From Bdellovibrionales bacterium (GTDB lineage Bacteria > Bdellovibrionota > Bdellovibrionia > Bdellovibrionales > JAGQZY01): DNA of 64,000 nt. This document shows positions 26,618 to 37,018 of the stretch, piece after piece. The position numbers and the translations under genes were made by a program. The stretch lies in NCBI GenBank assembly GCA_964230645.1, contig CAXRHT010000003.1, positions 96,001-160,000 of the forward strand, read 5' to 3'. The notes under the pieces were generated by a model that saw only the letters and a list, made by a program, of their open reading frames with translations, was not told the DNA's origin and did not search any database. Position 1 is the stretch's first letter; each line of letters begins with the position of its first letter.

Positions 26618-28666
26618 ATGGAAGAAGTCGTAAAAGTCGCTCTATTAGGAAGTGACTTCAATTACATTCAAAAGGTCAGCGATAAAGTAAACAATGACCG
26701 TCCAGCAGAGGTTCATCCCTTTTCTGACCTCAATGATTTTCTTAAATTTTGTATGAGTGAGAAACCACAAGTGGTAGGGATCAGTGTTGCCTTTCCCCAT
26801 AAATCTGCAAATAATTTCCCTAAAATTTTTAAAATGGCAATGAATGTTCCTTCCTTTTCCTTTTACGAAAAGTACAATTTCCAAACCGATAAATTACTAA
26901 GCAGTTCATCGGCTGAACATAAAATTCGTAGTCCATTAACCGCTCATAATTTATGGGTTAGAATTACAAATATCCTCAAAGAAGATGAAAAAAAACAAGA
27001 TGGACAGACCTATAATGGCCAAGATGGAGAGTCAAAAAAAGAAAATGATTCGATTCATTTAAAAGGAGAAAGCTCCAAAAAATTAGAGGAACAAACTTCA
27101 TTAAACTCCATACTAAAAGCACTAGATCAGGGAGATACTGATTTAGACAATAAGACCTCGAGTACCAATCAAGAAATTGGTAGCAAAAAAAGCAGTTCAA
27201 TAGAGAATAATCCAAATAAAAATCAGTCCAAAATAAAATCAACGGATAATGACAATGATGCCGAGATTAAGGGAACAAGTATTAACGATACCGATGATGG
27301 AGGCGTTAAAATAGACTCAAGGGATGTTCGTTCTATAAAGAAAATAGACACGGACAGCTCATCAAAAGCTCCTTCTGAGTTCAATAGTAGTGAGTCTACA
27401 GAAGAAGAAAGTGTGGGCAAAGAGAAGTCCTTAAAACACAGTGAAGAAGACAAAGAAAACAAGGCTTCTATGCTGAATACCAGTCAAAAGCATGATGAAA
27501 AACAAAATGAAAAAACAAAGAACCAGATTGGCTCTTCCAGCGGTTGGGATCGTAATTCAAGCCAAGAAAAACAGGGAAGCTCCGAAGGAACTAAAAATAG
27601 CAAAAAAGGTTCGCAAAAGGACTTAGAGAGGGAGTTAACCAAAAAGAAAAACTCTGTTGAACAGGCGAAGGGAAACGAAAACAAAGGACTGGGAAGTCTT
27701 CTTGCTGATATCGAGGACTCCTCAAATAAAAAGAAGGGTGAATTAAAAGAAAATACTAATGATCAAGTAAATAGAAATTCTGAGCCAAAGCCATTTATTC
27801 CTAGCGAATTAAAAAAACCTCAGCAAAGCAAAGATAAGAGCAATCCAAATTCCAAAGAATCTAAAAACGAAAATACCCAAAAGAATAAAGAATTTGGTGC
27901 GGTAAAACTTTCTGATAAAGAGCAAATGAAGAAAGAAGATCGTCAAAAAAAGAAAGAAAAAGATCGAAGAGAAAATCAGAAAAAACTTAACATTTTAAAA
28001 TCAAGCTCGGAACTGGGTCTTCAAACGGCTTATTTGTCCGAAAGTACCGAAAATTACCAACCATTTTCAGTAAATTTTCTTTCTACCTTTATCGTGGAAT
28101 CAGGTGCCTTTAAAGGCATACTGGTGTTAGCAACCACAGCGGAATTAGGAACAGAGGATTTGATTGATGATTTTAGAATCACTGTGATTGAAAACCTAAA
28201 GAAAAATAATATTCAGTGTGAAGTGAGCAAGGAATATCCTATCTCCATGGAAATTGATAAATACCAAGACGTAGTTAAAATGTTTGCGGAGTTTAGTATC
28301 AACTTTAGTGATCGCGATGGAAATCAACAAAATGTCTTCTTTGTTACCAGGGAATCGGTAAGACCTTCTTTTCAGGATTCTGTTTTACCTGATATGTATG
28401 AAGTCGATATTAAAGTAATACCACCGCAGACTCCGGTAAACTTTGATGCCTACGTTCATTTGCCACGAAACAAGAAGTTTGTAAGGTATTTAAAAGAAGG
28501 ACGCTCTCTTAGCTTGAAACAAGCAAAGAGACATAGTGAAGAGGAACAAAACACTCTTTATCTCCCGAAAGACCAAAAAGATCGTTTCATAGCCTTTTTC
28601 ATCAAAAATACTTTAAATTGGGATTTTACTCTACATAATAAAAGAATCAGAAAAGAGGCTGCTTAA
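26618..28666 (+). CDS. Hypothetical protein: receiver-like N-terminus, long low-complexity K/E/S/N linker, folded C-terminal domain
   Basis: 682-aa ORF with an alpha/beta pattern ending PQVVGISV and roughly 330 aa of hydrophilic low-complexity sequence. Confidence 0.7.
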   Translation: MEEVVKVALLGSDFNYIQKVSDKVNNDRPAEVHPFSDLNDFLKFCMSEKPQVVGISVAFPHKSANNFPKIFKMAMNVPSFSFYEKYNFQTDKLLSSSSAEHKIRSPLTAHNLWVRITNILKEDEKKQDGQTYNGQDGESKKENDSIHLKGESSKKLEEQTSLNSILKALDQGDTDLDNKTSSTNQEIGSKKSSSIENNPNKNQSKIKSTDNDNDAEIKGTSINDTDDGGVKIDSRDVRSIKKIDTDSSSKAPSEFNSSESTEEESVGKEKSLKHSEEDKENKASMLNTSQKHDEKQNEKTKNQIGSSSGWDRNSSQEKQGSSEGTKNSKKGSQKDLERELTKKKNSVEQAKGNENKGLGSLLADIEDSSNKKKGELKENTNDQVNRNSEPKPFIPSELKKPQQSKDKSNPNSKESKNENTQKNKEFGAVKLSDKEQMKKEDRQKKKEKDRRENQKKLNILKSSSELGLQTAYLSESTENYQPFSVNFLSTFIVESGAFKGILVLATTAELGTEDLIDDFRITVIENLKKNNIQCEVSKEYPISMEIDKYQDVVKMFAEFSINFSDRDGNQQNVFFVTRESVRPSFQDSVLPDMYEVDIKVIPPQTPVNFDAYVHLPRNKKFVRYLKEGRSLSLKQAKRHSEEEQNTLYLPKDQKDRFIAFFIKNTLNWDFTLHNKRIRKEAA

Positions 28667-28669
28667 AAC

Positions 28670-29044
28670 TCATTCCTCTTTTTCCTCAAGAAGTTCGTCA
28701 GTCGTTCTTTGTTGTTTACCTGCGACGTAACCTTTGAAAAAATCATCCTCGAGTTGTTTAGGGCAAGAGTCATCGTAGCGTTTTCCCTTCAATCCAAATT
28801 CGTACCCATTTTTATACGTGCAGAAGTCCCTAATACCCTTGTTAAAACCTTCCATATATCTATCTTTGTTTACCCGAATATTGAATTTCATGCAGGCTTT
28901 CTTTTGGTTTTGGTAATGGGAGGAAGGAAAACCTTTCATAGCATCTTTATAACCTTGGACTTTCCATTTGCGATTCTCACAATCGCCTTTTTTCATTGTG
29001 GTGCATCCGCCTAAAAATAACAAAATAAGTAAAAGGACTTTCAT
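28670..29044 (-). CDS. DUF2799-like lipoprotein
   Basis: Lipobox LGGC and the pattern C..W...GY.D...G ... Y..G...G...FC...NG...G..G..Y...CP. Confidence 0.8.
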   Translation of the reverse strand: MKVLLLILLFLGGCTTMKKGDCENRKWKVQGYKDAMKGFPSSHYQNQKKACMKFNIRVNKDRYMEGFNKGIRDFCTYKNGYEFGLKGKRYDDSCPKQLEDDFFKGYVAGKQQRTTDELLEEKEE

Positions 29045-29054
29045 TTTTTTAACC

Positions 29055-30359
29055 TCAATCTAGGAAACTACGGGTTAAGTTTTCAACTCCATCTTTACGT
29101 ACGATCACATCGTCTTCAATTCGTACGCCACCATAGGGCTGAAGTTTTTCAACTAAACTCCAATTAATATGTTTGGCTCTTGATGAATCTTCTTTCAATT
29201 CTTTAAGTAAAAGAGGAATAAAATAGCCACCGGGCTCAATTGTCAGAGCGTCATTTTCCTGAATATCCCGAATCGTTCTTAGGAAAGGGAAGTCTTTGGG
29301 CTGCTCAACGGTTTCCCCGGATCTATTAAATTGTTTACCAGAGACATCATGAACCTGGATGCCAATAGGATGTCCTATGCCATGAGGAAAAAATTGAAAA
29401 GGAATTTTCAGCTCTAGGGACTCTTCTTGAGAGCACTTTATGACTCCTATATCGATAAGAGTCTGAGAGATAGATTCGTAAGCCATTTTGTGGATATCAA
29501 CGTAGCTTTTCCCAGGTTTCAAAGCTGCAATTTGTTGTTTTTGTGCGTTCTCAATGGAGGAGTTGAGATCTTTAAACTCCTGTGGGACGTCCTCTGTAAA
29601 GTAGGATCGAGTAATATCAGAACAGTACCCATTGAATCGAGCCCCGGCATCGATCAAAAAAGTCTTTCCTTTTGTTCCTTTTTTTGGAGTTTGGTAGTGA
29701 AGAATGGCAGAATTTTTATCAAGGGCAACAATATTTCCGTAAGGCAAGTCGGTTTCTCTTTGTCCTGAGGCAAGGAGGTAGGCTGTGAAGATTTCAAACT
29801 CATTTTTCCCCTGAAAAAAAGCTTCTTTGGCCGCTTTATGTCCTTTGGCCGCAATCTCATTGGCCTTTCGCATGGACTCTATTTCGTATTCTGTTTTTGA
29901 GGCTCTGTTCCAGTTGAGTGCATGGAGTAGGGAGGAGTCGGCCTTTTTAAAGCCATTTTCCATGGCGACCTCAGGACTATCAGAAATGACAACATCGTTT
30001 TTTCCGGATTTTATAAGACCCCAGGCCTCTTTTGGATCGGAGATCACATTAATATCAAAAAAATCATCCCAAAAAACATCATTAAGACTAGAAACTTCGT
30101 GCCAAAAGTCTTTAGGAATATAGAAATAGAGGCTGGGTTTCTCATGGTGAGCAAAGATCTGAACTCTATGGCCGTACCCCATGTCGGGACAAAAATAGAG
30201 AAAATGAGGGTTTGGGCGAAAGGGTTTAGCTTGGTCGTCTAAAAAATAATAGTCCTGGCTTCCGCTTTCTATTAAGAGAGAGTCAATCCCTCTTTCCTCT
30301 AGAATTTTTTTGGTGTTACTGAGTGCTTGGTTGAGGTGCTCTTGAAACAGTTTTTTCAC
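29055..30359 (-). CDS. pepQ: Xaa-Pro dipeptidase (M24B)
   Basis: LHY, IDAG, SDITR, PHGIGH.IGIQVHD, TIEPG and GGVRIEDD motifs. Confidence 0.93.
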   Translation of the reverse strand: MKKLFQEHLNQALSNTKKILEERGIDSLLIESGSQDYYFLDDQAKPFRPNPHFLYFCPDMGYGHRVQIFAHHEKPSLYFYIPKDFWHEVSSLNDVFWDDFFDINVISDPKEAWGLIKSGKNDVVISDSPEVAMENGFKKADSSLLHALNWNRASKTEYEIESMRKANEIAAKGHKAAKEAFFQGKNEFEIFTAYLLASGQRETDLPYGNIVALDKNSAILHYQTPKKGTKGKTFLIDAGARFNGYCSDITRSYFTEDVPQEFKDLNSSIENAQKQQIAALKPGKSYVDIHKMAYESISQTLIDIGVIKCSQEESLELKIPFQFFPHGIGHPIGIQVHDVSGKQFNRSGETVEQPKDFPFLRTIRDIQENDALTIEPGGYFIPLLLKELKEDSSRAKHINWSLVEKLQPYGGVRIEDDVIVRKDGVENLTRSFLD

Positions 30360-32955
30360 TTTTAACCTCCTTAGTTTTCTTCGGTGACATAACTTCTTTG
30401 AGATACTGACCCGTTAAACTTTCTTTACAATGAATAATATCGTCGGCTTTTCCGGAGTAGACGAGATTTCCTCCCTCAACCCCTCCTTCAGGTCCTAAAT
30501 CAATGAGCTGATCGCAGGACTTTATAACCTCAAGGTTATGTTCAACGACAATGACCGTATTGCCACGATCCACAAGTTCGTTAAGAAGCTCGATTAGTTT
30601 AGCCACATCGTGAACATGCAAGCCGGTTGTTGGTTCATCAAGAATATAGAGGGTGTGTCCTCGAACCGACTTAGAGAGCTCTCGACTTAATTTCACTCGT
30701 TGAGCTTCTCCACCGGAGAGAGTTGTCGAATTTTGCCCTAGGGTGATATAGTTTAGCCCTACCTTCATTAAAGTTTCGAGTTTTCTACGAATAGGCTTAT
30801 GGTTTTCAAAAAACTCGTAGGCTTCCTCGACAGGCATGGAAAGAACATCATGAATGTTTTTTCCTTTGTATTTAACGAGCAAAGTCTCAGGGTTATACCT
30901 TCGCCCCTGACAAACATCACACTTTACGTAGACATCCGATAAAAACTGCATTTGAATTTTTGAGACACCGGCTCCCTGACAGGCTTCGCACCGTCCACCT
31001 TTTACATTGAAACTAAAACGACCGGCTTCGTAACCTCTTATCTTCGATTCCGGAAGATGGGTAAACAAATTTCTGATCAATGGAAAAAGACCAACATAAG
31101 TGGCAGGACAGGAACGGGGAGTGCGGCCAATGGGTTTCTGATTAATTTGAATGATATTATCGATATTATCAATTCCATTAATCTTTTTATGAGGAGAGCT
31201 AATAAAAGACCTCTTTAAGAAGTGATTGGCCAAGCTCTTGTATAAGGTATCCATTATAAGGGTACTTTTACCACTCCCTGAGACTCCGGTGATGCCAATC
31301 AAGGTATTTAAAGGAAAAGAAACATCCAAGTTTTTTAAATTGTTTCCGGATGCACCCTTGAGTTCAATCGTATCCCCATTACCATCTCTTCTTTTTTCCG
31401 GTAATGGAATACGTTTATCCCCTGATAGATACTGACTCGTCAGGCCCTGGCTTTTCATGAGTTCTTTTAATGAGCCGGAAAAAATTAGTTCTCCACCTAG
31501 ACGCCCCGCTTTTGGACCAATATCGATAATATGATCGGCGGCACGAATCGTGTCTTCATCGTGTTCAACGACAATAATTGTGTTCCCACGATTTTTTATT
31601 TCGTTAAGTACCGAAAGAACATTGGCATGATCGCGTGGATGAAGTCCGATGCTTGGTTCATCTAAAACGTATAAAACTCCGACGAGAGGCGTTCCAACCT
31701 GGGAGGCCAATCGAATTCTTTGGGCTTCACCACCTGAAAGAGTTTTAGAACGACGAGCCAAGGATAAATAACCAGTGCCGACCTTCGACAAATAATAGAG
31801 CCGAGACTGTATTTCCGGGATTATCTGTTCAGCAATCTCAGCCTTCAATTCGCTGACCTTGATATCTTTGAAGAAGTCATTAAGCTCTGTGATCGAAAGC
31901 CGACTTAAATCATAAATGTTTTTATCCTCAATATAAACACTAAGTGCGGTTTCTTTGAGACCAGAGCCACCACAATCCTGACATAGGGTTGTATCCTTCC
32001 AGTCCAAATCCGGGTTATCAGTGTCTAATTTCCAGTCCAAACTTTTAGACTGCCCAGAGCCTGGGACATACTCGGAAACTTCGTATTCATAAATATCTTC
32101 CGATCCTAATCCCGTACAGGATTCACAGGCTCCTTTAGGATTATTAAAACTGAACAGAAGGGGATCAATGTTTGAAAAAGAATAGCCACACTCAGGACAT
32201 GCAAATCGCGTCGAAAAGTTCTTTCTCTCGCCAGATTTTGTTTCCACAACAACAAGGCCATCGGTTAAAGTGACCGCTGAGGAAATCGCTTGGGAGAGGC
32301 GCAGGTCCACTTTTTCGGAATCTTTTAATACCAGTTTATCCATAACGAGATCGATATCATGGCGATTGGTCTTTTTGAGCCCTTTGACACTTTCAAGATA
32401 AACCCATGTACCATCGACTTTGGCTTGTAAATAGCCTGCACTTATCCAACTCTCTACCTCTTTTTTAAACTCACCCTTTTTTCCTTTGGCAACCGGAGCG
32501 AGCAAGATCGCCTTTTCATTTTTAAAGTGTTTTAGAATATCAAGTTTGATTTGCTCGAGCGATTGTCCTTCTACAGGAATTTTGTGTTTAGGACAAAGTG
32601 GCGTTCCGACTTTTGAGTAGAGAAGTCGAAGGTAGTCATAGACTTCTGTGACGGTTCCCACCGTTGAACGCGGACTGTGACCAATTGTTTTCTGGTCAAT
32701 GGCGATTGATGGACATAACCCCTGAATGGAGTCCACTTCCGGTTTGTTTAACTGTATAAGAAAGTTTCTTGCGTAGGTTGAGAGGCTATCAATAAATCGT
32801 CTCTGCCCCTCGGCATATATTGTGTCGAAGGCAAGGCTTGATTTTCCACTGCCAGACAAACCCGTGACAACAGTCAGAGTATTCTTCTGAATATCGACAT
32901 TAATATTTTTTAAATTATGCTCTCGGGCGCCCCGAACCAAAATTTTATCAATCAT
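30316..32955 (-). CDS. uvrA: Excinuclease ABC subunit A (short insertion domain)
   Basis: GAREHNLKN, two GSGKS Walker A motifs, two LSGGEAQR signatures, zinc-finger motifs. Confidence 0.97.
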   Translation of the reverse strand: MIDKILVRGAREHNLKNINVDIQKNTLTVVTGLSGSGKSSLAFDTIYAEGQRRFIDSLSTYARNFLIQLNKPEVDSIQGLCPSIAIDQKTIGHSPRSTVGTVTEVYDYLRLLYSKVGTPLCPKHKIPVEGQSLEQIKLDILKHFKNEKAILLAPVAKGKKGEFKKEVESWISAGYLQAKVDGTWVYLESVKGLKKTNRHDIDLVMDKLVLKDSEKVDLRLSQAISSAVTLTDGLVVVETKSGERKNFSTRFACPECGYSFSNIDPLLFSFNNPKGACESCTGLGSEDIYEYEVSEYVPGSGQSKSLDWKLDTDNPDLDWKDTTLCQDCGGSGLKETALSVYIEDKNIYDLSRLSITELNDFFKDIKVSELKAEIAEQIIPEIQSRLYYLSKVGTGYLSLARRSKTLSGGEAQRIRLASQVGTPLVGVLYVLDEPSIGLHPRDHANVLSVLNEIKNRGNTIIVVEHDEDTIRAADHIIDIGPKAGRLGGELIFSGSLKELMKSQGLTSQYLSGDKRIPLPEKRRDGNGDTIELKGASGNNLKNLDVSFPLNTLIGITGVSGSGKSTLIMDTLYKSLANHFLKRSFISSPHKKINGIDNIDNIIQINQKPIGRTPRSCPATYVGLFPLIRNLFTHLPESKIRGYEAGRFSFNVKGGRCEACQGAGVSKIQMQFLSDVYVKCDVCQGRRYNPETLLVKYKGKNIHDVLSMPVEEAYEFFENHKPIRRKLETLMKVGLNYITLGQNSTTLSGGEAQRVKLSRELSKSVRGHTLYILDEPTTGLHVHDVAKLIELLNELVDRGNTVIVVEHNLEVIKSCDQLIDLGPEGGVEGGNLVYSGKADDIIHCKESLTGQYLKEVMSPKKTKEVKSEKTVSRAPQPSTQ

Positions 32956-34316
32956 AACAAGGGATCAACCAACTCCATCATTTCTTTCTGAATTTTTTCT
33001 AAGCCTTCTTTGGTCGTTGATTCAAAGCGTATGGTAATGACCGGCTGAGTGTTTGAGGATCGAACTAAAGCCCAACCGTTTTCGAAGCTGACTCGAACAC
33101 CATCGATTGTATTGACTTCAAAGTCTCCCGTCGTTTTTTTAAAATGATCTTGTAACTGTTTAACCAAAATCACTTTATTCTCCTCAGTTGTTTCTAATCG
33201 AATCTCTGGTGTGCTGAAGCTAGAGGGGATTCCTTCAAGAAGCTCATCTATGGTTTTGCCAGTTTTACTAAGTATCTCTATAAGCCGAAGGCCTGCGTAG
33301 GGGGCGTCATCAAATCCGTAGTTTCGATCAGCAAAGAATATATGGCCGCTTAATTCACCTCCAAAAGGGGCTTTCTCATCTTTGATTTTATTTTTGATAA
33401 GACTATGACCGGTTTTCCACATGATTGGAGTGCCGCCGCATTTTTCAATATCAATATAGAGTCGGTCCGAACATTTGACGTCTCCAATGATTTTTGATCC
33501 AGGGTGTTCTTTCAAAATGTCTCGGGCGACAATCATCATTATTTCATCACCAAGAATAAATCGGCCTTTTTCATCAACGACTCCGATTCGGTCGGCATCT
33601 CCATCAAAGCCTATACCGATGGCCGCGCCACTTTCTTTTACCAAAGTTTTAAGATCAGACATATTCTCTTCAACTGTGGGATCCGGGTGGTGGTTGGGAA
33701 AAGTTCCATCCGGTTTTTCGAATAATATTTCCGGCTTTAATCCAACGGCTTCGTAAAGCTTCCGAACAATAGAGCCGGCGGCTCCATTTCCGCAGTCTAA
33801 GGCCACTTTTATTGGCTTTAGGTCTTTAAACTCTGCTCTATACCTTTCCACATACTTTTCCGATATATCAAGGTTTTCGACAGAACCCTGTCCCGAAAGA
33901 AAATTTTTGGCCTCAATATAAGACTTTAATTCCTGAATTTGGTCTCCAAAGATAGTGGTTTTACCCATGGAAATCTTAAATCCATTATACTCTGGTGGAT
34001 TGTGGGAGCCTGTAACCATGATGCCGCCATCAACATCTTCCAGAGAAAACATGGAGAAATAAGACATTGGAGTGGTAATAAGCCCTAAATTATAGACTTT
34101 TACTCCTGACGAAGAAAAACCTTGCACGAGACTTTCTACGATTTCAGGACTTGAAAGCCTGGCGTCATATCCTACTGAGACACAAGGCGTTTTAGAAAAT
34201 TTTTCTTTTAAAAAGGCGCTATAGGCCTGTCCTAGAGTTTTTGCAAAGTCAGTATCGAAGTCTGTTTTGTAGACTCCTCTAATATCGTACTCTCTAAAAA
34301 TATGATCTTTATGCAT
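32952..34316 (-). CDS. Phosphomannomutase/phosphoglucomutase
   Basis: FREYDIRG, TGSHNP, FDGDADR and GELSGH motifs. Confidence 0.95.
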   Translation of the reverse strand: MHKDHIFREYDIRGVYKTDFDTDFAKTLGQAYSAFLKEKFSKTPCVSVGYDARLSSPEIVESLVQGFSSSGVKVYNLGLITTPMSYFSMFSLEDVDGGIMVTGSHNPPEYNGFKISMGKTTIFGDQIQELKSYIEAKNFLSGQGSVENLDISEKYVERYRAEFKDLKPIKVALDCGNGAAGSIVRKLYEAVGLKPEILFEKPDGTFPNHHPDPTVEENMSDLKTLVKESGAAIGIGFDGDADRIGVVDEKGRFILGDEIMMIVARDILKEHPGSKIIGDVKCSDRLYIDIEKCGGTPIMWKTGHSLIKNKIKDEKAPFGGELSGHIFFADRNYGFDDAPYAGLRLIEILSKTGKTIDELLEGIPSSFSTPEIRLETTEENKVILVKQLQDHFKKTTGDFEVNTIDGVRVSFENGWALVRSSNTQPVITIRFESTTKEGLEKIQKEMMELVDPLL

Positions 34317-34319
34317 AAG

Positions 34320-35300
34320 TCACCACGTTAAAGGTTTATTCTTAATCAGTTTAATTGCCACCTGGATGGCATTTTCCATAGAGCCACTATCGGCTTTGTT
34401 TTTTCCAAAAAGGTCTTTAGCTGTTCCGTGATCGACACTTGTCCTGACAAAAGGAAGTCCCAATGAATATTGAACACCGGTGTGAACACCGTGAACCATC
34501 TTAAAAGGAATTAGCCCTTGGTCATGATAGCTTGCAATATAAAAGCTATATTTTTTACGTTCCTTCTCTTGGAAACAGACATCTGGAACTAAAGGACCGA
34601 CAAGGGGAGATTTTTTATTGTTCACTTTTTTAAGGAGAGGTTTATAGAGGGTATCTTCTTTTTTATCTATAACTCCAAATTCGCCAGCGTGAGGATTGCA
34701 GCCCACTATTGCAATGGGTTTTAGCTTTTTCTTGGAGGGGAGTTTTTGAACAATTTTTTTGGTCAACTGAATACACTTTTTGAGATTTTCCTCGGTGATT
34801 CGATCGTAGGCTTTTTTGACAGAAACGTGACCGGTAAGAAGGGTGACATTAAAGTCATCTCCTAAGAAGCACATATAGACATCTTTGGTTTTAGACACTC
34901 GTTTTAGAATATCGGTATGGCCATTGTCTTTAAACCCAGAGTTTTTAATTTCGGTTTTGGAAAGCGGTGCGGTCACAAGGGCATCAATTGATTTTGACAT
35001 TCCCGCTTTCGCCATAAGCTCGACCCATTTTGCTGGAGGCAGAGGGCTTTCAATATCGATGAGTGTTTTATAAAAGTCTGGAGGCGTTCTAAGAGCTTCA
35101 GGCCAGGTCGTTACCGTTTTACGTTTGAAATAGCGATCAATTTTTTTCAAATCCCTGCGAGGAGTGTTCGGTCCTCTCCATAGGTAAAACTGAACCCCTC
35201 TTTTGGGTTTTAGATTGTATAGAGCTTTGGCGGTCACTTCCGAGCCAATGCCGTCAAAATCTCCAGTTGTTAATGCAATTTTTGAAAATTTTTGTTTCAT
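34320..35300 (-). CDS. pdxA: 4-hydroxythreonine-4-phosphate dehydrogenase (PdxA family)
   Basis: GHT, NPHAGE, YHDQGLIPFK and RTSVDHGTA motifs; follows surA. Confidence 0.92.
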   Translation of the reverse strand: MKQKFSKIALTTGDFDGIGSEVTAKALYNLKPKRGVQFYLWRGPNTPRRDLKKIDRYFKRKTVTTWPEALRTPPDFYKTLIDIESPLPPAKWVELMAKAGMSKSIDALVTAPLSKTEIKNSGFKDNGHTDILKRVSKTKDVYMCFLGDDFNVTLLTGHVSVKKAYDRITEENLKKCIQLTKKIVQKLPSKKKLKPIAIVGCNPHAGEFGVIDKKEDTLYKPLLKKVNNKKSPLVGPLVPDVCFQEKERKKYSFYIASYHDQGLIPFKMVHGVHTGVQYSLGLPFVRTSVDHGTAKDLFGKNKADSGSMENAIQVAIKLIKNKPLTW

Positions 35301-36274
35301 ATTTTATTAATTTGTATGATGGCGTCTTTTCGCTTCTGAGAAAGCCAAAACTGAAGCTGCTCTTGAAAAGCTTGAGCCATTAGTTGTTGGTAGATCTGCT
35401 GTTTTTGTTTTTCAATAGCAGGGTCTTTTATAAGTTTTCGATCTAAAATTTTGAAAATGTGGAAACCCATGGGTGTTTTTACAATTTTTGATGTTTCCCC
35501 AATTTCTAAAGACCCTATCGCTTTTTCAATCGATGCGATCATTTCTCCCGATTTGAAGCGTCCAAATTTTCCACCCTGATTTTTCGTGTCTTGGTCCGTA
35601 CTATATTCCTTTACTAAGGACTCAAAACTGTTTCCTTTTGAAAGCTTGGATTGCACCTCGTTGGCTTGGTTTTTTTGTTTTAATAAAATGTGAGCGATAT
35701 GAAACTCAAAAACTTGGGATTGACTGGACCCATTGTTCGAAAGGTAGTGGCTAACTATATCTTGCTCTGAAATTTTAATTTTGCTCGTGATTTCTTTTTC
35801 AACCAATTGCCTACGCTCAATCCCCGATTTAACGAAGTCTCGGTACTCTTCAAAATCGACACCCTGGCTTTGTAGAGTTCTTCTGAGTTGATCGACAGTC
35901 ATATTTTGGCGATCAGCAATTGAGGTGATTTCTTTACTGACTCTTTCCTCAGTCACAAGAAGATTGTTCTCCTGAATGGCGTATTCGATTATTTTATCAT
36001 CGATGAGAAGCTTGATGAGATACTCTCGGTCTTCAAGTGCTTTTTGGCGGGTTTCAGGATCGGAGAAAAGAAGGTCATTTAAAAAACCACCATTTTTAAG
36101 CTTGTCTTGATAGTCTTTAATTTCCGTTAAGGTGATTGTTTTTCCATTTACGACAGCATAAATTTTTTCAAGAAGGCGACTTTGAGAGTGCAATGGAAAC
36201 AAAAGGGCAATACTAAACACAACCAAAAACATTTTAGTAAAGGGATGCTGTCGCGTCGATTTTAATAGCTTCAA
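35297..36274 (-). CDS. surA: SurA-like periplasmic chaperone/parvulin PPIase
   Basis: Signal peptide, IYAVVNG SurA N-domain, HILL ... GFHIFK parvulin motifs; surA-pdxA synteny. Confidence 0.88.
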   Translation of the reverse strand: MKLLKSTRQHPFTKMFLVVFSIALLFPLHSQSRLLEKIYAVVNGKTITLTEIKDYQDKLKNGGFLNDLLFSDPETRQKALEDREYLIKLLIDDKIIEYAIQENNLLVTEERVSKEITSIADRQNMTVDQLRRTLQSQGVDFEEYRDFVKSGIERRQLVEKEITSKIKISEQDIVSHYLSNNGSSQSQVFEFHIAHILLKQKNQANEVQSKLSKGNSFESLVKEYSTDQDTKNQGGKFGRFKSGEMIASIEKAIGSLEIGETSKIVKTPMGFHIFKILDRKLIKDPAIEKQKQQIYQQLMAQAFQEQLQFWLSQKRKDAIIQINKI

Positions 36275-36326
36275 AGGACCTCCCTGGTCGGTCGTAAGTG
36301 AATAGACTCTTTTATCACAAAATGGC

Positions 36327-36983
36327 TCAAAAAACTTCCTTTACTGCGGATCTGTCAAAGGCCTGTTTTTTCGTCTGATTGAGCTTAATTTTCAACTGAT
36401 CCGCCCATTTTTTTGATTTCGGATCATCTTCTTTTAAAAGAGCATCCATGGGCTCGCCCCATTGGATAATTACTTTGGAAAATGGCAGAGGAAGTCTGGT
36501 TTTATTCCAGGATTTTTCAAAGGTTTTATAGCGGCTGGCAAAAAATGAAATGGGTACAATAGGAAGCTTTGTCATCCTGGAAATTTGAAAGACACCAGGT
36601 TTTACCTCATAAATAGGGCCTTTTGGACCGTCGACGGCAACACTAGGGCGGCGTCCTTTTTTCTTAAGTCTTAGTATACCTTTAAGAGCACCAACTCCCC
36701 CTCGCGTGGAGGAGCCGCGGACAGTTTCGGCTCCTAAAAGTTGGACCGCTCGATTCATTATATCACCATCTTTACTGGTCGAGATGATGCAGGCCACGTG
36801 GTAAGGCTTGAGCAAATGAAGAATCCCCAACTCATCCCCGTGCCAATGAGCAATGAGGAAACTATTTCCTGACTCTCTCCATTGTCTCACCGAATCGGAT
36901 TCATGAATCTCTATTCGCCAAGACCATTGAAGTATTTTGTAAAAACAGAAAGCGAAAAAAGGAAGGATATGTTTTTTAAACAT
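36327..36983 (-). CDS. DUF374 / lysophospholipid acyltransferase family protein
   Basis: WHG, S.SKDG, VRGSS.RGG and DGPKGP motifs. Confidence 0.88.
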   Translation of the reverse strand: MFKKHILPFFAFCFYKILQWSWRIEIHESDSVRQWRESGNSFLIAHWHGDELGILHLLKPYHVACIISTSKDGDIMNRAVQLLGAETVRGSSTRGGVGALKGILRLKKKGRRPSVAVDGPKGPIYEVKPGVFQISRMTKLPIVPISFFASRYKTFEKSWNKTRLPLPFSKVIIQWGEPMDALLKEDDPKSKKWADQLKIKLNQTKKQAFDRSAVKEVF

Positions 36984-37018
36984 TGTTCGTATTCATCCTT
37001 CCTTGATAGAGGCGAGTT

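Noticed and set aside
27000..27990. Possible tandem repeat or array in the A-rich middle of the 26618 gene
   Set aside because: It is low-complexity coding sequence with no repeating unit.
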